Of a stretch of DNA of 24,132 bases, positions 16,801 through 21,362 are shown piece by piece (within the stretch, counting starts at the first letter, position 1; each line of letters starts with the position of its first letter). The stretch covers positions 1-24,132 of the IMG/VR virus record IMGVR_UViG_3300049925_000122; one strand, given 5' to 3'. The notes below the pieces were generated by a model, which did not search any database, was not told where the DNA came from, and was given only the letters and a program-made list of their open reading frames with translations. This DNA comes from a virus (Duplodnaviria; Caudoviricetes). Position numbers and translations under genes: made by a program.

Positions 16801-17742
16801 GATAAGTCCTACTTTGGGTTAGGTCTAAGTGGTAAAGCCCGAAAGGATGGAAAGGTGGGCTTTCAATGTTCGAGTTTTGCGGCTCGAGCTCTTGGTATGC
16901 CGTTTATGGATACAACCTCTGTGTACACAGATGCCAAGGGCGCACAGAGTCATTACAAGCAGGTTCCGTTCGGAAAGCAGCAAGCAGGAGATGTTATCGT
17001 ATATCCGGACTATGAGATTAACGGAGAGCACCACAATGGCCATATCGCTGTTGTGATTGATCCAAGCGCAGAGAACTTTACGATTGCAGATGCGTCCAGC
17101 TCAGATGACGGTGTGCACCTGCGTAAGCTGCACCCCAGCTTTGTGTTCATGGACAAAACTATCTTTGCGCGCCCGCTACACTCCAACCTGCAGAAGGCCC
17201 TCGATTGGGAGTACGACATGGATGAGTTGGACGACATGGAATGGGACGACGGAGAGGACCTGCTGATCAAGGCGGAGGACGACACGTTCACGCCGCCCGA
17301 GTCCGTGGCCTCCGCGGCCCGCCGTGGCCTGGACCTGCGTGACAAGCAGCCCGAGAGCAACAAGGGCGGGACCGCCGTGGGCATCGCCCGGGCCAAGCAG
17401 CTCGCCAACCGCCAGCCGGTCTCGTACTCGACTATCAAGCGCATGGCGAGCTTCTTCGCCCGCCATGCCGTGGACAAGCAGGGCGAGGGCTGGGGCAAGG
17501 ACTCCAAGGGGTTCCAGGCCTGGTTGTTGTGGGGCGGCGATGCCGGCCATTCATGGGCGGACTCGATTGTCCGTCGCATGGACGGCAAGATGGACAAGCA
17601 CATTGACTCCGACGAGCAGCAGGAAGAGGCGCCCCCGATGCTGGCCGCGTACCAGCAGCAGAAGCAGGGCCAGCAGTTGCGCAAGTCAATCCCGGAGCCT
17701 ACAGTCCACGACGACGAAGCCCCGCCGGCATTCTGGCGGTAG
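7846..17742 (+). CDS. Giant (3,298 aa) multidomain polyvalent-like protein, probable internal head/ejected cargo
   Basis: Uninterrupted 9.9-kb ORF with GAGAGG RBS. Contains a ParB-like segment, AT-hook, NlpC/P60-like domain, a C-terminal WGGDAG domain, internal repeats and P/A/E linkers; lies between portal and MuF/protease. Confidence 0.9.
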   Translation: MNRCLVPDSVLFELWSSIPAEAGPAMTPFAVTDIIKARGAGTGTKGSSTGSMSGGGGAGGGAPKAPSTPETSSPGSGGGVKAPSTPESKVSSGGGGGGQSALTGIEMPGHRWLSREMIGSKNSGAPKYRYKYSMSQGLGRGVKAGTEINVGYGKEQAGQQEGGNVVRVKGVSDKGVTFEHGGAEQTVSHEDWHNKMVEHFGDDYTSGVDRNVRRWGNAVYKHVPREAFDEIESKFGKNATSAQIVQHIKDTVDSVHKTKVGDKLQKTFDKIGIHDEHAVKHMIGHVLSRRGWDNEARATLLGAATGGMQSARVARHYKSMVLRAEKAAGSKKVSTSHITDAINHASYRGFKDYHEHKDAQLLKRMHEHNDAALKMGHPVYEATPEGIKEFAKHEAVKRSERSQKAQATRMAEGELATEKQNFLSLKKLSETNPDEFERVLKERDQEFRIGGKKAEGKGGTAGFKEKFLAAPSVPEKSATKKVRAESGKAKGEHPLETTLRLDPEYANADEATKQAFRDKYAQFSDVSDAMNKERMAKKGKVAEGQPPLKEGDPRKSYPKNDKELEDQISRINPKYAQALAQDFQSHAGNGMNQSSLLDTESLRTGHPKMALLHAVMRQIKGGKVPQTQPQPGPQPGPQTQPQTQPGPQPGPQTQPGPQPGPQTQPQPGPQTQPQPGPQTQPQTQPQTQPQTQPQPLPLPPTTPPPSRKLADVQRDVLASHDQLNKMGGEAPAARRQHVLNMYMDVLAHPELQPESKQAWQKAATNFFSKHGKDLKVSPGTPTPDWAKEATPPTREEMFPGLPKSKPAEGEGATPTTERFEEAAPPTREEMFPGLPKSSQSEAPKPSSTQTPPEHLKSYKSLEEAKKAVPELEPVGSSEDMWATPVPGSNETLWDIHHRTSRLGTYLAQQMFTDAQTGQPPSGGWVTGVAQPARLSGTRKDIKQFLNLDHMQLADVGLIPGKLHMDMKGDKNAPVPPPAVALPASAIPTKTGKGGEFDHAKHHKLNAPTEAQTPQEGAASMSREDAYTPGADVPPETPEESQPAEADEPLDEDAVLPPHIEEAESAASAAIQSGDVKAAVAHATDLYVEAADSKDPNVIASAMSAINDVIRQMPEGKDRQDLQESVDHLEELYSSHQQKEPTDHIAEAHDALQQAAETGDPAQIEAANEAFKTVLHEQVSEHPELAQTPEVQAAHQLIDVADKHVKSVKGPEPEAAPAPAPEPAAASEPAPEPTAPEPTAPEPTAPAQEPATEPEAAAPVTGLGAAPESVAKQKGLAPKLWEAAAKKLDEGKNFGQVVKDIKDAVARGSVPKKVGDDMVSAVKARMDAIAAAAPKPEKPAKPATSIEGLGAYPPVVAERPLYRALWDRATADVRAGKSHAVASKEIKAAIANKTIPADTGNEILAALQGGISTQTVDARSPGKVLDTEKQPSDTSKIPVQKEAEPRVGAEAMPAGRGGLTDPVQARKDALNQLSKFNTADEMHAALPDSHKVEQGRTSAVDVPYSGGFQEGALSTESYGEDPYVYQNRYMDPQQFKGVLKLEGMTYEQVVRMPTTQKYIEWYKQGHEPPPIDVVIRDDGTPYATNRRRVVAALEAGVARIPARVEIGRKAELFQEAKNQSAAPTSSNIKAPAQAVTPSKGAEPEPAAPEPAAPSSTLSQEHQRIIGHLKVPEKEHNQVRSAKELSDALESKLEAKDESGNPVFDEDHPVRLVLESLSWPEDGDSWYQGNQKDLEDLVQDAHDYDDIEDYLANQGDGLSKDNKPEDKEDVPEWTAERKNAIKAREAQWKSAEDDVAAFLKELVPSETQREAILGRGWDVGDPEPEDTDDDMDEAAPPAVVQEAAPEPTAPQETAQQEAAPQEPAAPQEPAAPQEPAAPQEPAAPQEQKRGRGRPAGAKNKKTLQREAEEAAKPQEPETAAPDEPTPEAPAVPAEPTPEAPAVPGTEEAAPPSEASSSVTRVAGGRKPVAESQMATLVSDLAKKSPAEVRDSLRGFRAEMEKKYGSSDVTSENYTPAERERAAVHHDAIAQNPDAPEKDRDRARKSAESLRAMKGQAPMSTTEQGADDKPPHHVTWEKAKDAMDKARKSGDIASIRRTTQLYNEVEDQFRANKEALPNGEQPRSEDAARADNALINLADPQIPESRKAQIRESLSSRGFTTTPTWLVPDSSSLNVAGDDEEPPAPKQVEAPAPDVQQVEEEASAQEAAKQAQAAKEAKDQARAALRQKTAAVEQGLSLIGDTVEKIKSGQAQSLERTTDKEMLQRLVDTLTSSVEGYDEKRRGVADKVKLTGWLKAAKDRLGELNAAPKEEPKTEKPAPAAPAAEKPKKNKKASTQASTEEAAPPAATSSEPQAATEESAPAAETAAPAASDKPGAAEDQKPESPSDPYERDEKGRPMLDPTKAQLFERGWKSNRKSNNDIRLITEKGHRFHVRDSLRGTSHSVELAPPKDEDQYSDSPRRYLEPDPKNPMGPPIVVERPRSEQYSHPEWKSWQHAVAAMHAYDAANEPDPNAGFRGDAKKRAAEVSKRFKALDSEMMNRFLSGAVNEAGHREMWQTTSDIPLLNKLISTASAIPEKLRTHSQDQTLRYATKRLEELVGPKAENTPAASTSTEEATPPAAAEAPQAKQEEKPKASKFDAVDKLVDEIQSRATGKDAERISTTTDKDYLHRIISTLGDMDDEAYAEIEDPQEREGHKDDHKHIISVALKRLGELEGAKTSDVSEKTYSDSKHGYSKELTQELTKAHQDEESRPVAQAVHHAIQNPLTSDSDGVKAAQQVLAAQPQVLDAFNTAVSGKHDQVPEQYRKDEYLEGFKPKAEPLVRARTLTKWFEAAKGKAAKAAISIGKTLVTGAVALAAMVGGAPSLSAPSAEAAMTHEMPTTAGGVRASADFGRPNPAMLSAAREMKEEGGPAAAVRTDAKEDKSGSYLDQVWKQSYGPMPATAVLAADALASKARGHTSFLLPPPPENFESTGNPGADNAMRLVQKYDDKSYFGLGLSGKARKDGKVGFQCSSFAARALGMPFMDTTSVYTDAKGAQSHYKQVPFGKQQAGDVIVYPDYEINGEHHNGHIAVVIDPSAENFTIADASSSDDGVHLRKLHPSFVFMDKTIFARPLHSNLQKALDWEYDMDELDDMEWDDGEDLLIKAEDDTFTPPESVASAARRGLDLRDKQPESNKGGTAVGIARAKQLANRQPVSYSTIKRMASFFARHAVDKQGEGWGKDSKGFQAWLLWGGDAGHSWADSIVRRMDGKMDKHIDSDEQQEEAPPMLAAYQQQKQGQQLRKSIPEPTVHDDEAPPAFWR
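9721..9930 (+). repeat. Coding minisatellite (QTQP/QPGP linker)
   Basis: Interleaved units such as cagacccagccg and cagcctggtccg over ~210 bp. Confidence 0.95.
10207..10356 (+). repeat. 51-bp dispersed duplication, EA(T/A)PPTREEMFPGLPKS x2
   Basis: Copies at 10207-10257 and 10306-10356, differing mostly at synonymous positions. Confidence 0.9.
11530..11574 (+). repeat. 15-bp tandem repeat x3 (APEPT)
   Basis: gctcccgaacctacg, three perfect copies. Confidence 0.95.
12427..12663 (+). other. ParB/Srx-like domain within the giant protein
   Basis: YIEWYKQGHEPPPIDVVIRDDGTPYATNRRRVVAALEAGVARIPARV follows the ParB-N pattern PPI.V...G.....(G)..R..AA...G...IP..V. Confidence 0.65.
13411..13500 (+). 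repeat. 18-bp tandem repeat x5 (AAPQEP)
   Basis: gctgcgccacaggagcca and variants, immediately before the AT-hook. Confidence 0.95.
13501..13545 (+). other. AT-hook motif within the giant protein
   Basis: KRGRGRPAGAKNKKT contains the RGRP core with basic flanks. Confidence 0.7.
13606..13668 (+). repeat. 33-bp-period tandem duplication (EPTPEAPAVP x2)
   Basis: gagcctac(a/g)ccagaagcacctgccgtacct occurs twice. Confidence 0.9.
14848..15692 (+). repeat. 26-bp direct repeats (1 mismatch) bracketing a lower-GC in-frame module
   Basis: tcgaccgaggaggcc(g/a)cgccgccggc at 14848-14873 and 15667-15692, 819 bp apart. Confidence 0.9.
16768..17175 (+). other. NlpC/P60 (CHAP-like) cysteine peptidase domain within the giant protein
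   Basis: GFQCSSFA (Cys codon 16867), QAGDVIVY, GHIAVV (His codon 17041), IADASS, terminal FARP. Confidence 0.8.
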
Positions 17743-17756
17743 CCCAGGAGGTCCCC

Positions 17757-17972
17757 ATGCCGTTCGAGTCCGAGAAGCAGCGCCGTTACATGTTCATGCA
17801 CCACCCCGACATCGCCGAGGACTGGGTGCAGGAAGCCAAGGAGCACCACCAGCCCGTGGTCCGCAAGTGCGACGACGGCGATGGCTGGCAGGGGGACGAC
17901 GGCTTTGACGCCCGGCTGCAGGACATCCGCACCCAGCACGTGCCGTTCATCGAGATCGACAAGGGGGAGTGA
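17757..17972 (+). CDS. Small phage protein with MPF.S..QRR.M motif
   Basis: AGGAGG RBS. MPFESEKQRRYMFMHHPDIAEDW resembles a short motif I recall from uncharacterised phage proteins. Confidence 0.8.
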   Translation: MPFESEKQRRYMFMHHPDIAEDWVQEAKEHHQPVVRKCDDGDGWQGDDGFDARLQDIRTQHVPFIEIDKGE

Positions 17973-18253
17973 TGAAGGTCTCCATCGAGATCGCGCAGCA
18001 CGAGCAGGGACTTGCGGACGAGGAGCTGCTCATCAAGGCGATCCGCGGCGCGACCCTTGCCGTCAAGCAGGCGCGGCCCAAGGTCGCGGCCCAGGTGACC
18101 GCCGCCAACCACGAGGTGGGCGGGGACATCCAGGCGCTGGACGACCTGTCGGTCCGTATGGCGGCAGCCTACGAGGCTCGCGTGCAGAGAATGCTGATTG
18201 ATATCGCCGACGTGCTTTCCGAGCCCCCTGCGAAGGGCTCAGGACGATCATGA
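17972..18253 (+). CDS. Hypothetical helical protein upstream of MuF
   Basis: TGATG coupling with the upstream stop (alternative GTG start at 17969) and ATGA coupling to MuF; contains LIKA. Confidence 0.75.
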   Translation: MKVSIEIAQHEQGLADEELLIKAIRGATLAVKQARPKVAAQVTAANHEVGGDIQALDDLSVRMAAAYEARVQRMLIDIADVLSEPPAKGSGRS

Positions 18254-19356
18254 CGAGAAAGGACCAGATCGCCAGAATCGTGCAGGACCACCACGACGCG
18301 TTCCTCGTCGAGGTGCTCGGGCCGCTTGGTTGCGGTCTTGCGCCAGAAAGGATCGCCGAGCTCAGGCAAAAAGGGCTCGTCACCAAGCAGGGGCTTGACA
18401 CCCATGGCGGCGCCGTGCCTACCGGCGGGACGGTCGACCCCTTCATGTTCCTGCGCGGCATCGGCAAGTACCTGGCCGAGCATCCCGAGAAGTACGACGA
18501 GCTCAAGAAGGACCCCGACAGCAAGTGGGTGGACAAGGTCTCGGAAGTACTGGCGGACCTCAAGCAGGAGGACCTGCGGGTGCCCGGCATGCACCACGTC
18601 GAGGAAGCCGTGCACATGGACGACGAGGGGCACGTCGAGATCTCCCCGGAGATCCCCGTGCCCAGGAACAAGCCTGTGCCCGCCGACTACGGCGAGAAGG
18701 TGCCGCAGGAGAAGGGCCTGGTCCCGGTCCGTGCCGAGTGGAAGGGCGCCAGTCCGATGGACGTCGCGGCGTACCGGCAGGCCCTGACCCGGGCAGGCGA
18801 GTTCTGCCGTGGCCTGGGCAACATCTGGTCCGAGGAGCTTGGCCATGTGGCCATGGAGAAATGGGACGGCGAGAGGATTGTCTCGACGCCGGACCCTGCA
18901 CTGCGCGAGGAGTCCCTGCGCAGGATCCGCCGGACCGTCGCCGAGGCGTGGAAGGATAAGAAGCCAGCGAAGACACTGGCTTCTGACCTGGCCCGGGAGA
19001 CGGGTGACTACACCCGCAACTGGGACCGTATCGCACGCACCGAGCTGCAGGCGGCGTACAACGACGGCGTGGCCATCGACGCCGTGCAGGCCTTTGGCAA
19101 GAAGGCGCAGGTCGCCCGGATACCGGAGCGTCGTGCGTGCTCGGCATGCAAGCGCCTGTTCCTGGACGCCACGGGCAACCCGGTTGTCTGGGACGTGGCC
19201 GAGATCGCCAAGAACGGCACCAACGTCGGACGCAAGCGCTCGGAGTGGCAGGCCACGCTGTTTCCCGTGCATCCCAAGTGCATGTGCGGGACGATGATCG
19301 TTCCTCCCGGAATGTACGTGTTGCCTACCGGAAGGCTCGTGCGCCGCAAAGCGTAG
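18250..19356 (+). CDS. MuF/SPP1 gp7-like head morphogenesis (minor capsid) protein
   Basis: RNWDRIARTELQAAYNDG, ACSAC (CxxC) and PVHPKCMC (HPxCxC) are MuF hallmarks. Confidence 0.88.
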   Translation: MTRKDQIARIVQDHHDAFLVEVLGPLGCGLAPERIAELRQKGLVTKQGLDTHGGAVPTGGTVDPFMFLRGIGKYLAEHPEKYDELKKDPDSKWVDKVSEVLADLKQEDLRVPGMHHVEEAVHMDDEGHVEISPEIPVPRNKPVPADYGEKVPQEKGLVPVRAEWKGASPMDVAAYRQALTRAGEFCRGLGNIWSEELGHVAMEKWDGERIVSTPDPALREESLRRIRRTVAEAWKDKKPAKTLASDLARETGDYTRNWDRIARTELQAAYNDGVAIDAVQAFGKKAQVARIPERRACSACKRLFLDATGNPVVWDVAEIAKNGTNVGRKRSEWQATLFPVHPKCMCGTMIVPPGMYVLPTGRLVRRKA

Positions 19357-19358
19357 TC

Positions 19359-19367
19359 TGTTACGAT
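19359..19367 (+). promoter_or_regulatory. Putative extended -10 promoter for the protease gene
   Basis: TGtTACGAT in the MuF-protease gap; no convincing -35; GGAGG RBS at 19376-19380. Confidence 0.45.
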
Positions 19368-19388
19368 AGGTGCTTGGAGGGCAGGCAG

Positions 19389-20231
19389 ATGATCGACATC
19401 AACGACTTCTTTGGGTGGACCAGCACGATCGAGGAGATCGGCGATCCCGTCCTCAAGGCGGACCCGGAACGGCCAAAGACCGTTCGCAAGGAGTTCGACG
19501 ACGTCCCCGTCGCCAAGGTGGTCGGCCTGCTGACCGCGGGCGGCAAGGACTTCCAGGGCGAGGACATCGACCAGACCGGTATCGACTGGGAGTACTTCCG
19601 CAAGTCGGGTTGGGTGAACTACGAGCACCAGCAGGGTATGGAAAACGTCATCGGCTACCCTGACCCTGACGGCATCGAGGAGGCGCTGGACAGCGAGGGC
19701 AATCCCGCGACCCGCGTCACCGTGTGGATCCTGCTCGACAAGCGCGGCCAGGAAATCTACAACAAGATGAAGATGCTGCAGAAGGCCGGCGGCCGTCGCC
19801 AGTTCGGGTTCTCGATCGAGGGCCAGGCCCTGGAACGCGACCACACCAACCCCAAGCGCATCACCAAGTGCCGGGTCAAGAACGTGGCCCTGACCGGACA
19901 TCCCGTCCGGGACACTGCCCGCGTCGAGATCGTCAAGGGCCTGGCGGCCTCCCTGGTCGGCCTCGATCTGGCCTCTGTGAATAAACCTGAGGTCGGTGTG
20001 GATGATGTGGACTCGGGAAAGCCCGTGCTGCAGTACAAAACAGTCGACAAGGATCTGCGTAAGATCCTGTCCGATTCACCCGCCAACCCAGGGCAGAAGA
20101 AGACCATCTCATACAACGATTTGTGTGATCTTGTCCGCAAGTCGTTTCCGCATATCGGAGAGACTGATATTCGCAAAGTCGTCGATCGTATCGTGCAAGT
20201 AGCCAAGGAGCGTGAGAAATCACACCCTTGA
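19389..20231 (+). CDS. Prohead (capsid maturation) protease, HK97-fold serine type
   Basis: DFQGEDIDQTGIDWEYF, WVNYEH (His), FGFSIEG (Ser), KNVALTGHPV. ATG 19389 has GGAGG 8 nt upstream; the 19137 start overlaps MuF and is rejected. Confidence 0.9.
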   Translation: MIDINDFFGWTSTIEEIGDPVLKADPERPKTVRKEFDDVPVAKVVGLLTAGGKDFQGEDIDQTGIDWEYFRKSGWVNYEHQQGMENVIGYPDPDGIEEALDSEGNPATRVTVWILLDKRGQEIYNKMKMLQKAGGRRQFGFSIEGQALERDHTNPKRITKCRVKNVALTGHPVRDTARVEIVKGLAASLVGLDLASVNKPEVGVDDVDSGKPVLQYKTVDKDLRKILSDSPANPGQKKTISYNDLCDLVRKSFPHIGETDIRKVVDRIVQVAKEREKSHP

Positions 20232-20257
20232 CATCACGTAACTGCTGGCCGTACCCT
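20228..20257 (+). promoter_or_regulatory. Putative sigma70-type promoter for scaffold/capsid
   Basis: Perfect TTGACA(20228-20233)-18 bp-TACCCT(20252-20257). Confidence 0.6.
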
Positions 20258-20312
20258 TGATGCGTACGCCAGCCCTCTTGGGGCGCGAACCCCTCTGGAA
20301 CAGGAGTCCATC

Positions 20313-21302
20313 ATGAGCGCACCGTTGAACCCGGCCGATGCCGATGCCAAGGCCGCCGCGAAAAAGGCCAAGAAAGAGCTCGAGCGATCGGAGCTCAAGA
20401 AGGGCTGCGACGATTACATGAAGAAAGGCTTCTCGGAAAAAGAAGCTCTGAAGAAAGCCAAGCGCGACCACAAGCACGGCAAGTTCCTCAAGGCCGGCGT
20501 CAGCTCGTACTTGGCCAAGGGTTTCTCACAAGAGGAAGCCGAGCAGCAGGCCCATCAGGACCTCAAGAAGGCCCACAAGGTCGTCAAGAAGGCCATGCAC
20601 GGGCACCTGGCTGCGCACCTCAAGAAGAACCTGGCTGCGGGCATGGAGCCTGAGAAGGCTTTGAAGAAGGCCCTGAAGAAGGGCGGCTTCGACCCCAAGG
20701 AACTCAAAGGCGGCAAGTCGGATGCCCCCATCGACGGCGTCAAGAAGGCGCTTGAGGATGTGGCCGGTATCCTCGGTCAGCCCCAGATGAACCAGGCCAT
20801 CGTGTCCAAGGACAAGATGGACGAGCTCGTCAAGAGCCTCGATGGTTCGGCCAAGGGTCAGTTCGAGGCCGTGCAGGGCGAGATGTACCACACCCGCAAG
20901 GTGCTTCGTGAGTACGTCGACAGCACCCGCGCACTGGGCAAGGCTGTCCAGGCGATGGGCGAGGAGCTGGTCAAGGCGCTGAGCGACATGCAGTTTGCGC
21001 AGGCCGACAGCGTCCAGAAGTCGTTGTCGACCGAGACGGTGCCCGCGCACTTGTCGACGCCCAAGGCAACGGACGCGCCTCGCGCCGTCGAGACCAAGGC
21101 GGTCCCGACGCCCGCGGAGAACGTGGATGTGGCGAAGGTCTCTGTGGGAGACTTCATCGAGAAGGCCAACAGCTGGATCGAGAACAACCCGCGTGACCCC
21201 ATCGTCAAGTCGCTGGCGGTGGCCATCGGCGAGCTCTGCTCGCCCGGTGGTGACCTCAAGGCTCAGATGGATCAGTTTGGCAAGACAATCGGTCTGGTGT
21301 AA
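20313..21302 (+). CDS. Putative capsid scaffolding protein
   Basis: Lies between protease and capsid; helical and Lys/Ala-rich; many [ILV]xK[AS] motifs; AGGAG RBS. Confidence 0.75.
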   Translation: MSAPLNPADADAKAAAKKAKKELERSELKKGCDDYMKKGFSEKEALKKAKRDHKHGKFLKAGVSSYLAKGFSQEEAEQQAHQDLKKAHKVVKKAMHGHLAAHLKKNLAAGMEPEKALKKALKKGGFDPKELKGGKSDAPIDGVKKALEDVAGILGQPQMNQAIVSKDKMDELVKSLDGSAKGQFEAVQGEMYHTRKVLREYVDSTRALGKAVQAMGEELVKALSDMQFAQADSVQKSLSTETVPAHLSTPKATDAPRAVETKAVPTPAENVDVAKVSVGDFIEKANSWIENNPRDPIVKSLAVAIGELCSPGGDLKAQMDQFGKTIGLV

Positions 21303-21362
21303 GGACCGCAAGGTAGACTCTCCTCCGCTTGGAGGTTGCCGTAAGGCAGAAGGACTGGGATC

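Noticed and set aside
7846-17742. Giant ORF as tape measure, tail fibre or virion RNA polymerase
   Set aside because: It is in the head module, Pro-rich and charged, with no periodic aromatic tape-measure pattern, fibre repeats or polymerase motif that I could see.
19137-19388. Longer N-terminus for the protease from the ORF track
   Set aside because: It overlaps the MuF 3' end by ~220 bp; ATG 19389 has a GGAGG RBS and an upstream extended -10.
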